A DNA stretch of 63,371 bases, counting the filler, from Lenisia limosa (lineage: Eukaryota; Protista; Breviatea), in the NCBI GenBank assembly GCA_001655205.1. It is 14 parts of 14 records of this genome, joined end to end, with 100 filler letters (N's around TTAATTAATTAA, not from the genome) between each part and the next. Parts side by side here need not be neighbours in the genome. Positions count along the whole stretch, not along the records: positions 22,167 to 27,565 come from LPNZ01005133.1; positions 27,666 to 29,042 come from LPNZ01010841.1; positions 29,143 to 38,581 come from LPNZ01004559.1; 11 more parts are not named here. The stretch is one strand, 5' to 3'. The stretch's first letter is position 1. Every line of letters begins with the position of its first letter. Of the stretch, positions 23,888 to 36,340 are shown in pieces. Both the position numbers and the translations under genes were made by a program. The notes below the pieces were generated by a model. That model was not told where the DNA came from. It was given only the letters and a program-made list of their open reading frames with translations, and did no database searches.

Positions 23888-26800
23888 ATGTCAGCCCTCG
23901 AGTTTCTCAACAAGAAGGCGTTTCATCCCAAAACTGTCAAGTTTCAGGAGAAAGTTTGGCTTGGTAAGTGGTAGTGGACCCCTTTCATGCTCCTTTATTT
24001 AGTATTCTTTTAATAAAGGTTGTTTCTTGCGCATGATAGTTGAATAATACACAAGTCACATTGCTATCTGTTGATCATCTTGTGTTTCTATTCTACTCAT
24101 AAATCCAAATGATAATCCCCTGTGTTGTATCCAAAAGGAGAATCATCAAAGTTTCATTCCTGTAATCTTATTTTTGCGTGTTTACTTTTGATAAAGTTTA
24201 ACGGACTTGAGTGGGGGTAAAGGAAGAATGATTGAGTTTGGCTGGCTTTGTCTTTTGTTTTGCACGCTGATGTTTAACCATTTTCTTCTTTATTTTTATA
24301 TTATTATATATTTATTGTCGGGTCTGTTGCTAAGAGGATAACACTATAATATGACAGATGGAATTGGAATGCATGAACATAAATTTACTTTTACTTTAAT
24401 AATAATTCTATTGATTTTCTTTTTTGTTGAATAAATTTTCCAATTTTACCCCCCCTCCCTCAGCCCAGCAAAAAGAAAATGAGGAAAAGCAACGGGTGAA
24501 GGAGCTCGTGAAGGAGCGCATGGAAGAGAGGGAAATGGAAGACCTCATTAAACTGCAAGAAGCTCATTTGCCCCCTGAGAAGTGGGTATTTTCCGCTGAA
24601 CTATTTATATATTTTTTTGGCCTTTTAAAATATTTCTATTAAACTTGTTTATTGACATTACACTGGTTACGTATTTTATTTAAACTGTTTGCACCATTGC
24701 TTTTTTAAAAATATTTGCATTATTTACATACATGAGATTTATCCTCGTTATCAGTCTTTATTTATCTCTATGAACTCTCTTTGCTTCACTTTCGGTTCCA
24801 AAAAAAGACTGAATTCTCGAAATTCCTTTTGGATATTTTGTCCGTCTTTTGGAACCTAATGTTTTTATTGACATTATTTGCATAATTTACAAAAGGTTTA
24901 CCCTCTTCATTAACAATATTAGCACCCCCATACCGCCCGCACCATAATGATTATTTGCACTGTTAAGTCTCTTTATTGAATTTTTTGCATTATTTACATT
25001 ATTAACACTCATTATTGAATTTCTTTGCATTATTTGCCTTACACATCAAGGCGTCGAGTCCGCCGGCTTGACTGGATGTACGAGAGACAGGCAAATGACA
25101 TTGGCGATGATGAAACTGAGGTATGGGGCGCGGGGGTATTGTGTTTGTGTGTGGGGGTTATCATTACCACTCACAATACACTTATCTTTGATCTTTAGAT
25201 CGGTGCTGCGGAGCAGGAGGCATATCTCCTGGGCAAACCTATTGAAAAACTTCCTGGAGATGATAAGCCCGGACCGGAAGAGGAAAAGAAGGTGGGTTCT
25301 TTGTAGGCTTCGTACAATAATTGTAAAATTTGAAGTGGGAAATTGTAACAGATCTCCATTTCAGACCCTTTATATCAGTGAATTTGAACATTAATTACAC
25401 TGAGTCCAAATTTTTTTTGATAGCGTGGGCATGGATTTTACAGATTTTTTTGGTTTATTGCATTAATGACACGGTTTCTATAGATACGCTTTTGATACGC
25501 AGTATTTGCATTTTTAAGGCTTCAGATAATTTTTTTTAACATTACTCCTTTTGCTGAGAAACAACATAGTTGCAATGATTGGGTGGATTATTTATTACTA
25601 CATAAGAATTTCGTCATTTTTCCTTGCTCGTTCTCACAATACAGTGGCAATCTTGGGCTGAAAAACTGACCGTTACTGCCAATGGAGATCTCGATATGAG
25701 AAATAAGGTGCGGGGAGAGTTTGGACTCATGCTCATACATACAGTGATTGGGATTATAAGTCTTGACCGATTTTCCTTGGGAAATCATACAGCATATCGG
25801 TCAAGACTTTTCCTGGTCTGTATTTCAAAAAGCGGTCAAGACTTTCCATATTCCAAACATATTCCAAGCTCATTACGTATTCCTAATAGATATGATATAT
25901 TATTGCGTTATCTAGCTATAAGGCAAATGATTGGGTGAATTCATATTATACTATCACCCAATATCTTTTATAAGCGTGATGGTGGACGGCTTCGCCAGGT
26001 ACAACCTTATTTTTTATTTCTCATTGCTATAGTGTATCTAGGGGTTCCTACGGTCCCAAAAAAGACTGAATTTCCCTATTAATATCGATATTTTGACAGG
26101 CGACCATAGGGAAGCCCGAGGTAAATCTGACCTTTCCAGGTTCGAGAGGACCCCATGATGGCAATTAAAAAGGCCGAGTATGAACAACGTCAAGCCCTTC
26201 TCAACAACCCCGTTCAGATGGAAAGGATCCGAAAGGTGAGCCTTTTGGATCTAAGCGGCATCATTTGTAACTCTATGTCTTTACTGTATTGTAATATGTT
26301 AGAATTTGATATTATGTGATATTTCATTTGAGCAACAAAAAAGAATATCAGGCTAAGACATGTTGTTTTTGTATCGTATCATATGATATGTATATGTATG
26401 TGTGATTTTTTTTTTCAAATTCAAGTGGTAAAAGTGGTATTTTGATATATCAATATTTCAAGAAAGCTAACATGAGAGAATATTTCTTTTGAGCAAGATG
26501 GGAGAATACATTTGAGCAACGTAAAGAACTGACGCTCCCTCTTAGATGTCAGAGATTCTCAAAAGAGAGAAAATGTCCAAGTCTGAGCGGAAAATGGACA
26601 AGAAGCGGAGGAAAGAGGAGAAACTTCTGGCTAGGGAGGGAAAGTGAGCGGGGGGGGGGGTAAATATGATATTGCAAGCCAACAAAGTGATTCTGGGCCT
26701 TTTTTTTTGTTTCACAATTTTCCATTTTTAGTGGAATATTTCTCTTCAACTGTTCCTTCCTACATCGTCCTTACTATTCCTCTACTTGTTCCCTCCCTCT

Positions 26801-27552
26801 CTCAATGGTTCGTAACTGTTTGCTACTTTGTGTTATCTCAGAGTTTTGTTTTTCTCTTTTCTCTATTTATTCAAAAACAGTGTTTTACCTCCCTATCAAC
26901 CCTTGTGTGTTGTCAGCCAACAGAGCTGTTTTGGGTTTTTTTGTTTCATAAAACTGTACGCTGGAGTGATGAGATGCGGTCAGCCAACAGAGTTGATTTG
27001 GGCCTTTTGTTTCATCATTATTACAATTTTATCTCCTCCCCCAGATTGCCCTCATCATCGCGAAAATCCGAGAGGTCTGGAAGAGATGACAAGTGAGGGG
27101 GGGCTGTAAGGCGCAGGAATGTTATTTTCCCATTTCCATTCCATGGATTATAATAACAAACACATAACACAAATAAAACAACTCTAGTTGTTGTAATATG
27201 CAAATAGTGGTAACCCCACCCCTTTTCTTTTCCACTTACCATATAGGGATAGACGAAGCGACAGAAGAGATTATGATAGAAGAGACGACAGAAGAGATGA
27301 TAGAAGAGATGATAGAAGAAGTGATAGAAGAGATGACAAAAGAAGTGATAGAAGAGATGACAGAAGAGACGACAGAAGATCTTCCAGTTCCTACAGGTGA
27401 GAGAATCTTCATACGTGAAGACACCAAAAGAACATATAAAAAGTCTTATTTTGCGAAAAGTTATCCCATTTTGCCAACTTCCGATTTAGATCTGAAAGAT
27501 CTGAGCGCTCTCCCCGCCGATCTCCACCACCGTCATATGATGCCAGCACGCT
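23888..27552 (+). CDS. CWC25: Pre-mRNA splicing factor CWC25, 3' partial
   Basis: MSALEFLNKKAFHPKTVKFQEKVWLAQQKE (Cir_N-like), RLDWMYER, EAYLLGKPIEK, VREDPMMAIKK..LLNNPVQME, followed by an RD/RS-rich tail (27247-27396). Confidence 0.9.
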
Positions 27553-28371
27553 GTATGGGGGGGGGNNNNNNNNNNNNNNNNNNNNNNNNNNNNNNNNNNN
27601 NNNNNNNNNTTAATTAATTAANNNNNNNNNNNNNNNNNNNNNNNNNNNNNNNNNNNNNNNNNNNNTCCCATCCTGCGTCCATAGGCATCATGAGTCTGCT
27701 CCCATGGAAGAGACTCTGACTCCATGATGATCTAAAGGTGGATTATATACTCTTCGAATCCTTAATGGCAAGAAATGCAAAAGAAATGTCCGTAAACCAA
27801 ATTAAACGGACCAATTTGTGATAGCGTGTCTCACTAGCCGCTTGATCACGATATGAGGGGCTTAGCGGTGGAGAGTCAATTTGCATTTTAGCCCTCAGGA
27901 CAAAACATCTAAATTTAGTAGTGAGTTGTTCACGAGTTGTTCAGGAGTTGTTGTTGTTTTATTGTTTGGTTGAGGCCAGGTTGAGGCAGAATCGGCAGAA
28001 TCCGTTTTTGATAGAATTTTAAATGATGGGGGGGACCAAATTCGCGCATTTTCTAAGTCAACTCAAAATTCCTTCTGCTCCGCTGGTGTACTTTGAACGT
28101 ATTGAGCCTCAAAAAAAAAAAAAANNNNNNNNNNNNNNNNNNNNNNNNNNNNNNNNNNNNNNNNNNNNNNNNNNNNNNNNCTAGACATGAAGTTTTCTCT
28201 CTTGTTTCTCCTTTATTAATACAACAGGTGATACAACAATACTTAATGGACGAGAAGGAGTGGCTAGCTTCTCGATTATAAAAATATCGATATTTATCGA
28301 GGATTCAGTCTTATTTTTGAAACCGAAAGTGAAGCACTAAAAAAAAGCTGAATTGGGGTCCTGGGAAGGCA

Positions 28372-28946
28372 TTAGAGGTTGTAGACCTCCTTGAGGGTCT
28401 TCTTAAGGCTGTCCATGTCACCCTTCATCACAACGGGGGCGGCGGACACGGACTTCTGAGCAGTTGCAACGTCCTTATAAATGAGACTGGTACAAACGTA
28501 TTTTTTTATTTCACATGGCTAAAAATAATAGTGCTATATTCCAATATCTCTTATACTCGTGATAAGGCAACCTCTAAATGAGATTGTTATACATATCCAA
28601 TATCTCTCAAAAGTGTTGTTATTTGGTATTCGGTTTTGAGACATACAAGTTTTGACGGTATCTCATTGTACTATTTTGAATAACAGGTTCTTATTGTGTG
28701 ACACGATACGTCCTGATACGATTGTCGTAAGATAAAGCTTAATATATAATTGGAGTTCTCGTTACAATATGTCCCTCTTCAAAACTTGAAATCAATTATC
28801 CAATTAATTGCACGGATCCAAGTTTCAATTGAGACTTTATCGTTATGATCCTAGTTTCAATAAAGACTTATGAGCCCTAATTAGCTAACCTTCAATCCGT
28901 TTCCGGTGATAACGAGGCAAGCAGACTCGTCAGGCTTGATGATGCC
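28372..28946 (-). CDS. thrC: Threonine synthase (PLP fold type II), last two exons
   Basis: GIIKPDESACLVITGNGLK / DVATAQKSVSAAPVVMKGDMDSLKKTLKEVYNL* matches the conserved C-terminal TGNGLKD motif. Confidence 0.65.
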
Positions 28947-29258
28947 CTAGGTTTATTATATTGAGATGAGCAATAAAACAAGCTTGTATCTGGCCGACGC
29001 CGTAACAACAAGGACATGTGATAGAGTTACCCCCCCCCCCCCNNNNNNNNNNNNNNNNNNNNNNNNNNNNNNNNNNNNNNNNNNNNTTAATTAATTAANN
29101 NNNNNNNNNNNNNNNNNNNNNNNNNNNNNNNNNNNNNNNNNNTTCACGTTCACTCAATCACTTTTGGGCGACAATCACAATTTAGAGGGATATTGAATAT
29201 TGTATTATATGCGTGTAAGTGACACACCACATCTCTCAACTCTCTCTTACCAACCCAG

Positions 29259-30954
29259 CCTGGAGTGTCTCTTGAAGACAAGCTCCCAAACGGCCGGAAA
29301 CTGCCGCAGTATGCCGCCGCAATTGGAGATGTCCAAACAGTGGGGTCTCAGGTCTTGTGTCTCGGGTCTCAGGGCTTGTGTCTTATGTTGCCGTTCTCCG
29401 AGGGAGACTGCACTAGGCTCATTTTATTGCTGGCATCCCGCATCAATTGATTGGTTGTATTTGATACGAGTAGTTGATTGCTCTATAAAGCTCACACCCT
29501 CAGTGCGTATCTCTCCTGGGCGAAACTATCGGCGTTACTAAGCCCCACGCAGTGCTCTCCCCCCTCGCTACTGCTGCTTACACGGGTATGCTCATGTCCA
29601 GAAATCGGGCTACCAGAGCTCCTGTTTATCAGAAATATTCAGTCTTCGTTTTGTGGCTTTTCTGACCCTTCTAGGAGCGCACTTCTTCGTTCCTCGTACC
29701 CCTGGTCTGCAACCGTTCGTACGTGTCAAGGAGGTACGACCCTTTTTCTAAGGATTCCCTTAATACTCTAGGACAATGGTACTCCATTTGCCAGTATCAC
29801 CACCGCTAACGTATCTGAAAGTCTCCTCAGAGGTTACAAGGTTGGTCCATTTCACCGTGAATATTATTTAAATATTCTTCATCGAAGTTTTCTTTGTATT
29901 ACCCCCCCCCCCCCCNNNNNNNNNNNNNNNNNNNNNNNNNNNNNNNNNNNNNNNNNNNNNNNNNNNNNNNNNNNNNNNNNNNNNNNNNNNNNNNNNNNNN
30001 NNNNNNNNNNNNNNNNNNNNNNNNNNACAGAGGCGCTGCAGCTCTTCATGTCTATCCTGCACGAGTCGGCCATTGCAGTGTCAACCAGCACAAAGGAGGA
30101 CACCAGTCTCCGCAACCTTGTTGAGATCGCCAGGAACTACTGCCAGGGTATCATGTGCGAGATGAAGCGCAAAGTATGTCCCGAATTGTCAACCCCATGT
30201 GCACAACTAAATACCTGACTTCTTAGGAGTCAAAGGACCCCGTCCGGGCCTGTGAGCTTGCCTGCTACTTTGCGGACACGTCAATTCAGCCAGCACACGC
30301 TAGTCTCGCTGCCAAGTGGGGGGGGGGTATCAATCATTTGCAAACGGAGGAAATCCACAGATATTGCTGCAACGATTACTAAACATGGAGTGGGCGGCTT
30401 AGTCAGGTAAAGAACCGCCTTAATGTTTCTAGGGGAGCAATGGTTGCCGCATACAAGCTGAAGGCGTACGTGACTGCAGGAATCTTGGCACACAAGTTGT
30501 CGAACTACCACCCCCCTGCCAACATCGCTACCCAGGCCAGAAAGGTCCTGAGTGTCGCTGATAAGGCCACTGCTGACCAGGTATGTTCATTTTTAGATTC
30601 GGCAGAATGAGAAGAATTATGCGTTTGTTAAGCCTCATATTTTCCCTCAATTGCTTCTGACCAAACCCCAGGTTGAGCTGAAGTACGACAGTCGTAACCC
30701 CTATGTCCTCTGCTGCGGCTCTTTCACCCCCATCTACGCAGGATCGCCATCCGTGAAGTGTCCCTTCTGCGGGTCCCACTACCTTCCTGGGGTGGGTAGT
30801 CTTTTCATTGCTAAGAATTGTTGAGGACCCATATTTTATATCTGAGCTTTGACGGTTTTTAACCTTACTCTAGTACTCAAATTCGCTGTGTACTATTTGT
30901 GGCCTTGGTGAAGTTGGCGTTATTGCTTCTGGTCTGCGCTCTACTCTTGATTAA
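29259..30954 (+). CDS. COPA: Coatomer subunit alpha, C-terminal part
   Basis: DPVRACELACYF..IQPAH, ATQARKVL, LKYDSRNPYVLCCGSFTPIYAG..VKCPFCGSHYLP, LCTICGLGEVG..SGLRS match the alpha-COP C-terminal zinc-binding region. Confidence 0.93.
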
Positions 30955-31060
30955 TTTATTTCTTTCATCCCATCCACCCCCCCCCCCTCTTCTAGGGTCA
31001 ACTGATTGAGAGTCAGATATCGATATTGACATTATATTATTTAGTAGCTCTAAAACAGAT

Positions 31061-32510
31061 TTAAAGGAGGTGTTGAACCTGACTGTAGTGATGTTCGGGG
31101 AGAGTTTCTAAAGTGTAAGTGAGGCCTAAAGGGGTCCAGGGCGACTTACCAGGACAGTAGTAGTCGAAAACAGACTCAGGGTAGTCTTCTTGACTGAAGT
31201 TGAAGAATTCCTATGATGTCAGAACTGTGTCAGAAAGTTTCAGAACTTCAAAAAAAAAGAAAAAATAGGGAGGAGCTCAGAAGCTGACCATTGAGAAAAG
31301 GCCAGTGAGTTCCAGACCCATGTACTGTGACGAGGTATAGTCGCGGTAGATGACGGCTCCAACTGAATAGTGAGATCAAGCAAAATGAGAGTGGAAATGA
31401 TGAAACAAAACTGAGAGATAAAAAAACAACAGTATTGATCCAAAATATATTGCGCTTGGTTGTCATGCTCACTGTCAGCGTAGTCAAATTTGTACATCGG
31501 TCTTTGGCGAATGACCATGTTCTACAAAAGTCATAAAAAATGAACATGATAAAATAAGGAGCATAAGCCTCTTTAAGTGATAAAGGAAAGTGCAAATATT
31601 TGAAGCATACCTCAACGCTTGTGGGCTGGTCTCCGATGCTCCATTCTTCATATTTGTCGTCTTGGGGCTAAGCAATTAGCGTCAGTGAGAAGCCAGAACT
31701 TGTTTTATAAAATTTGACGGTTATGTTTAGTAGTCAAAAGTCATAAAGATCATATGGCCAACCCTGCATCCGAGATTCTTTCCAGAGAACAGGTCATACA
31801 TCACGAGAGTAGCACCCTGAGGAATGAGAGTAGAATCAACTGAACTGTGAAAGAAATTGGCTTCTCATCTGAAGTATAAATTAGACTTCGTATAGTTATT
31901 GGTTTTCAGGATATTACACTTTTATAGGTATGAATACCGGAATAAGGCCAAGAGTGCTTTCAAATTGTGACAACCACAATCATATCTCAAATGTGAATAT
32001 TTTTGTTCTTTAAATTCTTGAGATACTAATTAAAAATTGTAAACAACAATACCAAATGTGACTCATATCATCATAATAATTGCCCCTCTTAACAGTGGAG
32101 TTCTTAATGGTGGAAAGGTAGTAGTTTCCACTATCAACGGTCAAGATGACTGAAACGTGAGCAGGAGGTGATTGCAAAGATGGTGGTTAAAATGAGCCGA
32201 GGTAATCATCACGCACAACGCAGAAACGCCAAGCCTCATACCATCAGTACGCTCCTTCTGATAGGCGGCATGATGCCACATTTGACCAACAAACTGGTCG
32301 AGGCTGTCTGAAAAGAAGAAGGATAAGGGGGTAAGTCAAACAGTTGCCAGTTTAGATCAATCAAATACCTTGGGATTGCGAGAGAGCCTTGGTAATAGCT
32401 ACACCAGTCGTGAAGATTTTGAAGTCAAAGACATCAGGCTTCACCGGACCAGCTGCAAAAATGCAGGACACAACTGCCAGACAAAGGAAAACTAGGGATT
32501 TCATGTACAT
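31061..32510 (-). CDS. Secreted/lysosomal ependymin-related (EPDR-like) protein
   Basis: Signal peptide MYMKSLVFLCLAVVSCIFA; FVGQMWHHAAYQKERTD; C-terminal EFFNFSQEDYPESVFDYYCP resembles the ependymin F.nF....P.svF..C ending. Confidence 0.5.
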
Positions 32511-32786
32511 TCTTGTTTTTATACTACTCCGCCCAGTACACTCTATTTAATTATGGAAACTACTGTAATATAATACTGCCGTTCTACTGTACTACTCTGT
32601 GATCAGAATATCGGTGAGTTACACTGTGGAAGAGGGGAAGGGAGGGGAGAGGGTGAGAGAAAAGAGAAAGAAGAGCGAAAGAAAAAGCAAAAGCAGAATG
32701 ATCAATTCACGGATTTTTAGTATTTAAAATATGTTTTTTTTTTTTTCAAACTTCTTTTTTAAAACGGTTTAGACGTTTTTATAGCC

Positions 32787-35700
32787 ATGTCCAAGTTTTG
32801 GCAAAAGGACTCTTCATCTGGCGAATCTTCTGAGGAAGAGGAAGTCACTAAAGAACAGAAGAAGTGGATCAAAGTTTGTAAAATGAGTTGCTCCTGTTTA
32901 TTTACTGTTGTGTAGAAGGAAGAGGAGTCTGAGGAGTCTTCTTCTTCTGAGGAATCATCATCTGAAGAAAGCAGCAGCGAGGAGGAGGAGGAGTCTTCCT
33001 CTGAGGAAGAAGAATCAGAAAAGGAAAAGGAAAAGGAGGAAGAGAAGTCTGAGTCTGAGAGTGAGGAAGAAGAGCCTTCAAGCTCTTCTGACTCTGACAG
33101 TGACTCTGATGATGGCAACTTCTGGAAGAAGAAGGTTTGTAGAACTAATCAGAGTTTATGATCGCCTGACTTTTTCTCATTTTTTAGAAGGGTGCTGAGT
33201 CCAGCTCTGAGTCTGAAAAGGAGGAAGTAGTTGAGACTAAGAGAGTGAGGGGTGGTCTACATCTTGTTTTATTTTCCCGCTCTCTCTTCCTCCCTTGAAC
33301 TCACCATTCAGACTCGCCGCCAGCGTGAGAAGAAGGAGAAGGTGTTCATGACCACCGCTGAGCGTCTTGCCCAGCAGAAGCAGGTCGACGAGGCCGCCAC
33401 AACCGCTGTCCTTGATGATACTGGTGCTGAGAAGCGTCTCAAGGAAATCTTGACCTCTCGCGGAAAGAAGGTGGGGTTTTGACTCTTTTTGTCCACTGTT
33501 TGTCTTTGTTGTCCTCTTCTTATCTCATTTAGGGTGTTGACAAGCGTCAAACCAACCAGGAACTCTTAAAGCTCGCCGAAAACTGCAAGAGCCCTGTCGT
33601 CAAGAGTGATAGTATGTGGGATCTTCATAGTTGATCACTTAAGGTCACCTCCCCATTTACAATGAGGCTTCCATGCTAAATCTGATCATGAAGATAACCC
33701 TTTTTTCACTGAGTATTTTATCTTTAACACATTTCCTCTCCCCCCTTCTGGGATAACGATTTAGTCCTCCTCCACCTGTCGTCTTCATTGTGTGACTACA
33801 ACCGTTCCCACCTCAACCATCTCCCCATCAACACATGGAGATCCGTAAGCAGGCCTCCCGCACCCTTCTGTTCATTCAATGATGTTTTCTATGCTAAACC
33901 CTATCCTTTGGGAGATGCCGAACACTTCTAACTGAGAATTACGTCTTTTTCTCTCCTTCTTCCTATCTTGATCTTGTTTACCCCCCTCCCCCTCCCCAGG
34001 TTCTCGGACACATTCAGACCATCACCAAGCTCTCCATGGAGAACCGCGAGACTTTCGTCAACATCATGAAGGACTTCGAGATGAACGTAGGCCTGGGGAT
34101 AATGGTGACCCAACTTATGGGAGTGATGATACCTTTTATGGCCTGAACGAGCACCTCCTTCCATCGGAAAGAGGATTCCTCAACTGTAGGACCATTGCTA
34201 GATAGTACCTGAACCCAACTCTTTCTCCCTTTCATCCGCATACTCCAGAGACAATATTTGACCTCCCAGGCCAACACAGAGGACTACGAGGATGAGGAGG
34301 ACCGCAACGCCCTCAATGCCGCCGACTCCGGCGCCCGTGCCGCATCCTTCCTTTTCTATCTCTCTTCCCGTCTCTCAGAGGAGTTCGGCCGTTCTCTCCG
34401 GTGAGCAAATATCCGAGTCTACTGTTAGATTTACAATGTGATTTCATCTGACATTGCAGCTTCCTGTCACAGTCATCACCCGAGTACGTCGGTCGCCTCA
34501 AGGACGAGGCCATGCTTGTCAAGGCTCTTGACGAGCTTCTCGACCTCTTCATTGAGTACAACCTCAGGTTCGTGCTATTCCTTTCCATACTGACCATCCA
34601 GCAAACTTGCCGCTCGCATTGCCGCTCGTACTCTCGCCCACACCTACTACAAGGTTGACCGCCAAGGCACTGAAAGCAGCGCCCCTATGGTTTACAGACT
34701 TGCCGTTATGGTCTACAAGCATGGTTCTGACAACTCCCGCTCTCGCGCCATGCTTATGCACATCTACCATCATGCCATCCACGACAGGTTTGTGGTACCT
34801 CCCTGCCTTTCCTTCCTATTCAATGATGTTTTCTATGCTAAACCCTATCCTTCGGGAGATGCCGAACACCTTTAACTGAGAATTTCGACCTTTCCTTCTC
34901 TTTCCTTCTCCTACTCTTTTTCATACTCCAGATTCTACGAGGCACGTGACCTGATGCTCATGTCGCATCTTCAGGACACCATCCACTATGTCGACGTCTC
35001 CACCCAGGTTCTCTTCAACCGTTCTATGGCTCAACTCGGTATGCTTGTTTTGATCTTTTGATCCTGGTTTCCATTCCGAGCTTTTCTCACCCCGCAGGTC
35101 TCTCCGCCTTCCGTACCGGACTGTTCCTCGAAGCCCACAGCTGTCTCCAAGACCTCTGCTCGTCCGGCCGTATCAAGGAGCTTATTGCCCAGGGTACTAC
35201 TGCTTTCCGGTAAGCCCAGCTCCCTTATTGCTTATACGTACACCATGCCGTTGCATATCGCCGTGTAGACGAAGTCACTAATCCTGTAGCAACCAAGAGC
35301 GTACTGCCGAGGAGGACGCTGCTGAGCGTGAACGCCGCGTGCCTTTCCATCAGTACATCAACCTCGACCTCATTGACGGATGCCATCTCGTCTCCGCCCT
35401 TCTGTAAGCCTTTTCTGCTCTATTTGCTCCCCAGCTTTCACAATCCTTAAAATTCCGCTATGTTCACTACCCCATTTACACTGCAGCCTTGAAATTCCCA
35501 ACATTGCCGCTCACGGTTCGGACCGTCGCAAGGTCATTTCGAAGACCTTCCGCAAGTTCAACGACTTCTCCACCCGCCAAGTCTTCCGTGGCCCCCCCGA
35601 GACCACCCGTGAAATTGTGCTTGCAGCCGGACGCCATCTCAACGAAGGCAACTGGCAGGAGGCCCACAAGATGCTCTTCGGCTTGTCATCATGGCGCCTT

Positions 35701-36186
35701 CTGCCCAACAAGGAAGCCGTCTTGAACAAGGTCAAACGGTAGGTGGGTTATCGCTTGAAGTCTTGTCTAGCTCCACACATTGCGTCCGAAATCTCACGCT
35801 CGCAGTCGTCTCCAAGAAGAAGGCCTTCGCACTTTCCTCTTCGTCCACGGCTCCTTCTACACCTCCATCACCACCGCCGCCCTGGCTAAGCGCTTCGAGC
35901 TCGAGGAAGACGTCACCCACGCCATCGTGTCCAAGGTTTGAGGAACTTTCTTTGTCCCCGTTTCGTTCTCTTTTGCAATGACAACCGTCTGACTCTTCAG
36001 ATGATTCTCAACGACGACATCGAAGCTTCATGGCATCAACCCACTTCATCGCTCATCATCCATCGTGTCCTTCCGTCTCGACTCCAGTCCCTTGCTCTCG
36101 AGTTTGCTGACAAGGCCGCCATCTTTGTGGACATGAATGAGAAGACCCTCGACGCCCGCATTGGCCCCGTGTCCTCTTCGTCTTAG
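32787..36186 (+). CDS. EIF3C: Translation initiation factor eIF3 subunit C, complete
   Basis: Acidic/Ser-rich N-terminus; SRGKKG; [10 protein letters not shown]; [31 protein letters not shown]; [12 protein letters not shown]; [11 protein letters not shown]; GPPETTRE; [12 protein letters not shown]; PCI domain ending ASWHQPT. Confidence 0.96.
33658..33715 (+). ncRNA. Intronic box C/D snoRNA, snR53-like (18S 2'-O-methyl guide)
   Basis: C-like AATGAGG 33661, D' CTGA 33682, C' ATGAAGA 33688, D CTGA 33709, terminal tac/gta stem. Guide TTCCATGCTAA is complementary to conserved 18S UUAGCAUGGAA; the +5 rule points to the A equivalent to yeast Am796 (from recall). Confidence 0.75.
33875..33938 (+). 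ncRNA. Intronic box C/D snoRNA, copy A of a near-identical pair
   Basis: ttc-AATGATG ... CTGA-gaa. Guide TTCTATGCTAA pairs with the same 18S site (one G:U). A near-identical copy is at 34819. Confidence 0.75.
34118..34217 (+). ncRNA. Intronic box C/D snoRNA, snR65-like (LSU guide)
   Basis: Box C GTGATGA 34123, D' CTGA 34143, D CTGA 34209, ggg/ccc stem. Guide GCTAGATAGTA is complementary to conserved LSU UACUAUCUAGC; the +5 position is the U equivalent to yeast Um2347 (from recall). Confidence 0.8.
34819..34882 (+). ncRNA. Intronic box C/D snoRNA, copy B of the pair
   Basis: About 60 nt nearly identical to 33875-33938 while the rest of the two introns is only loosely alike (pyrimidine-rich); C and D boxes and terminal stem are intact. 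Confidence 0.75.
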
Positions 36187-36340
36187 GTTTTTGAAAGGTT
36201 TTCGGAACTATCAATTTCATGAGATGCACTATTTAATAAGTCCAAATGGTTTTCTGTTACATTAAAGACACTAACTAAATAATTAATAGAGCTTGGAACA
36301 AAAGCAAGAAACGGGAGTTGTTGTGGTCCATCAGACATGA

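Noticed and set aside
27198-27427. EEMIEE-type repeat ORFs
   Set aside because: Alternative frames of the CWC25 RD/RS-rich exon.
32759-33118. Ser-rich 119-aa minus ORF
   Set aside because: Antisense shadow of the acidic eIF3c N-terminus.
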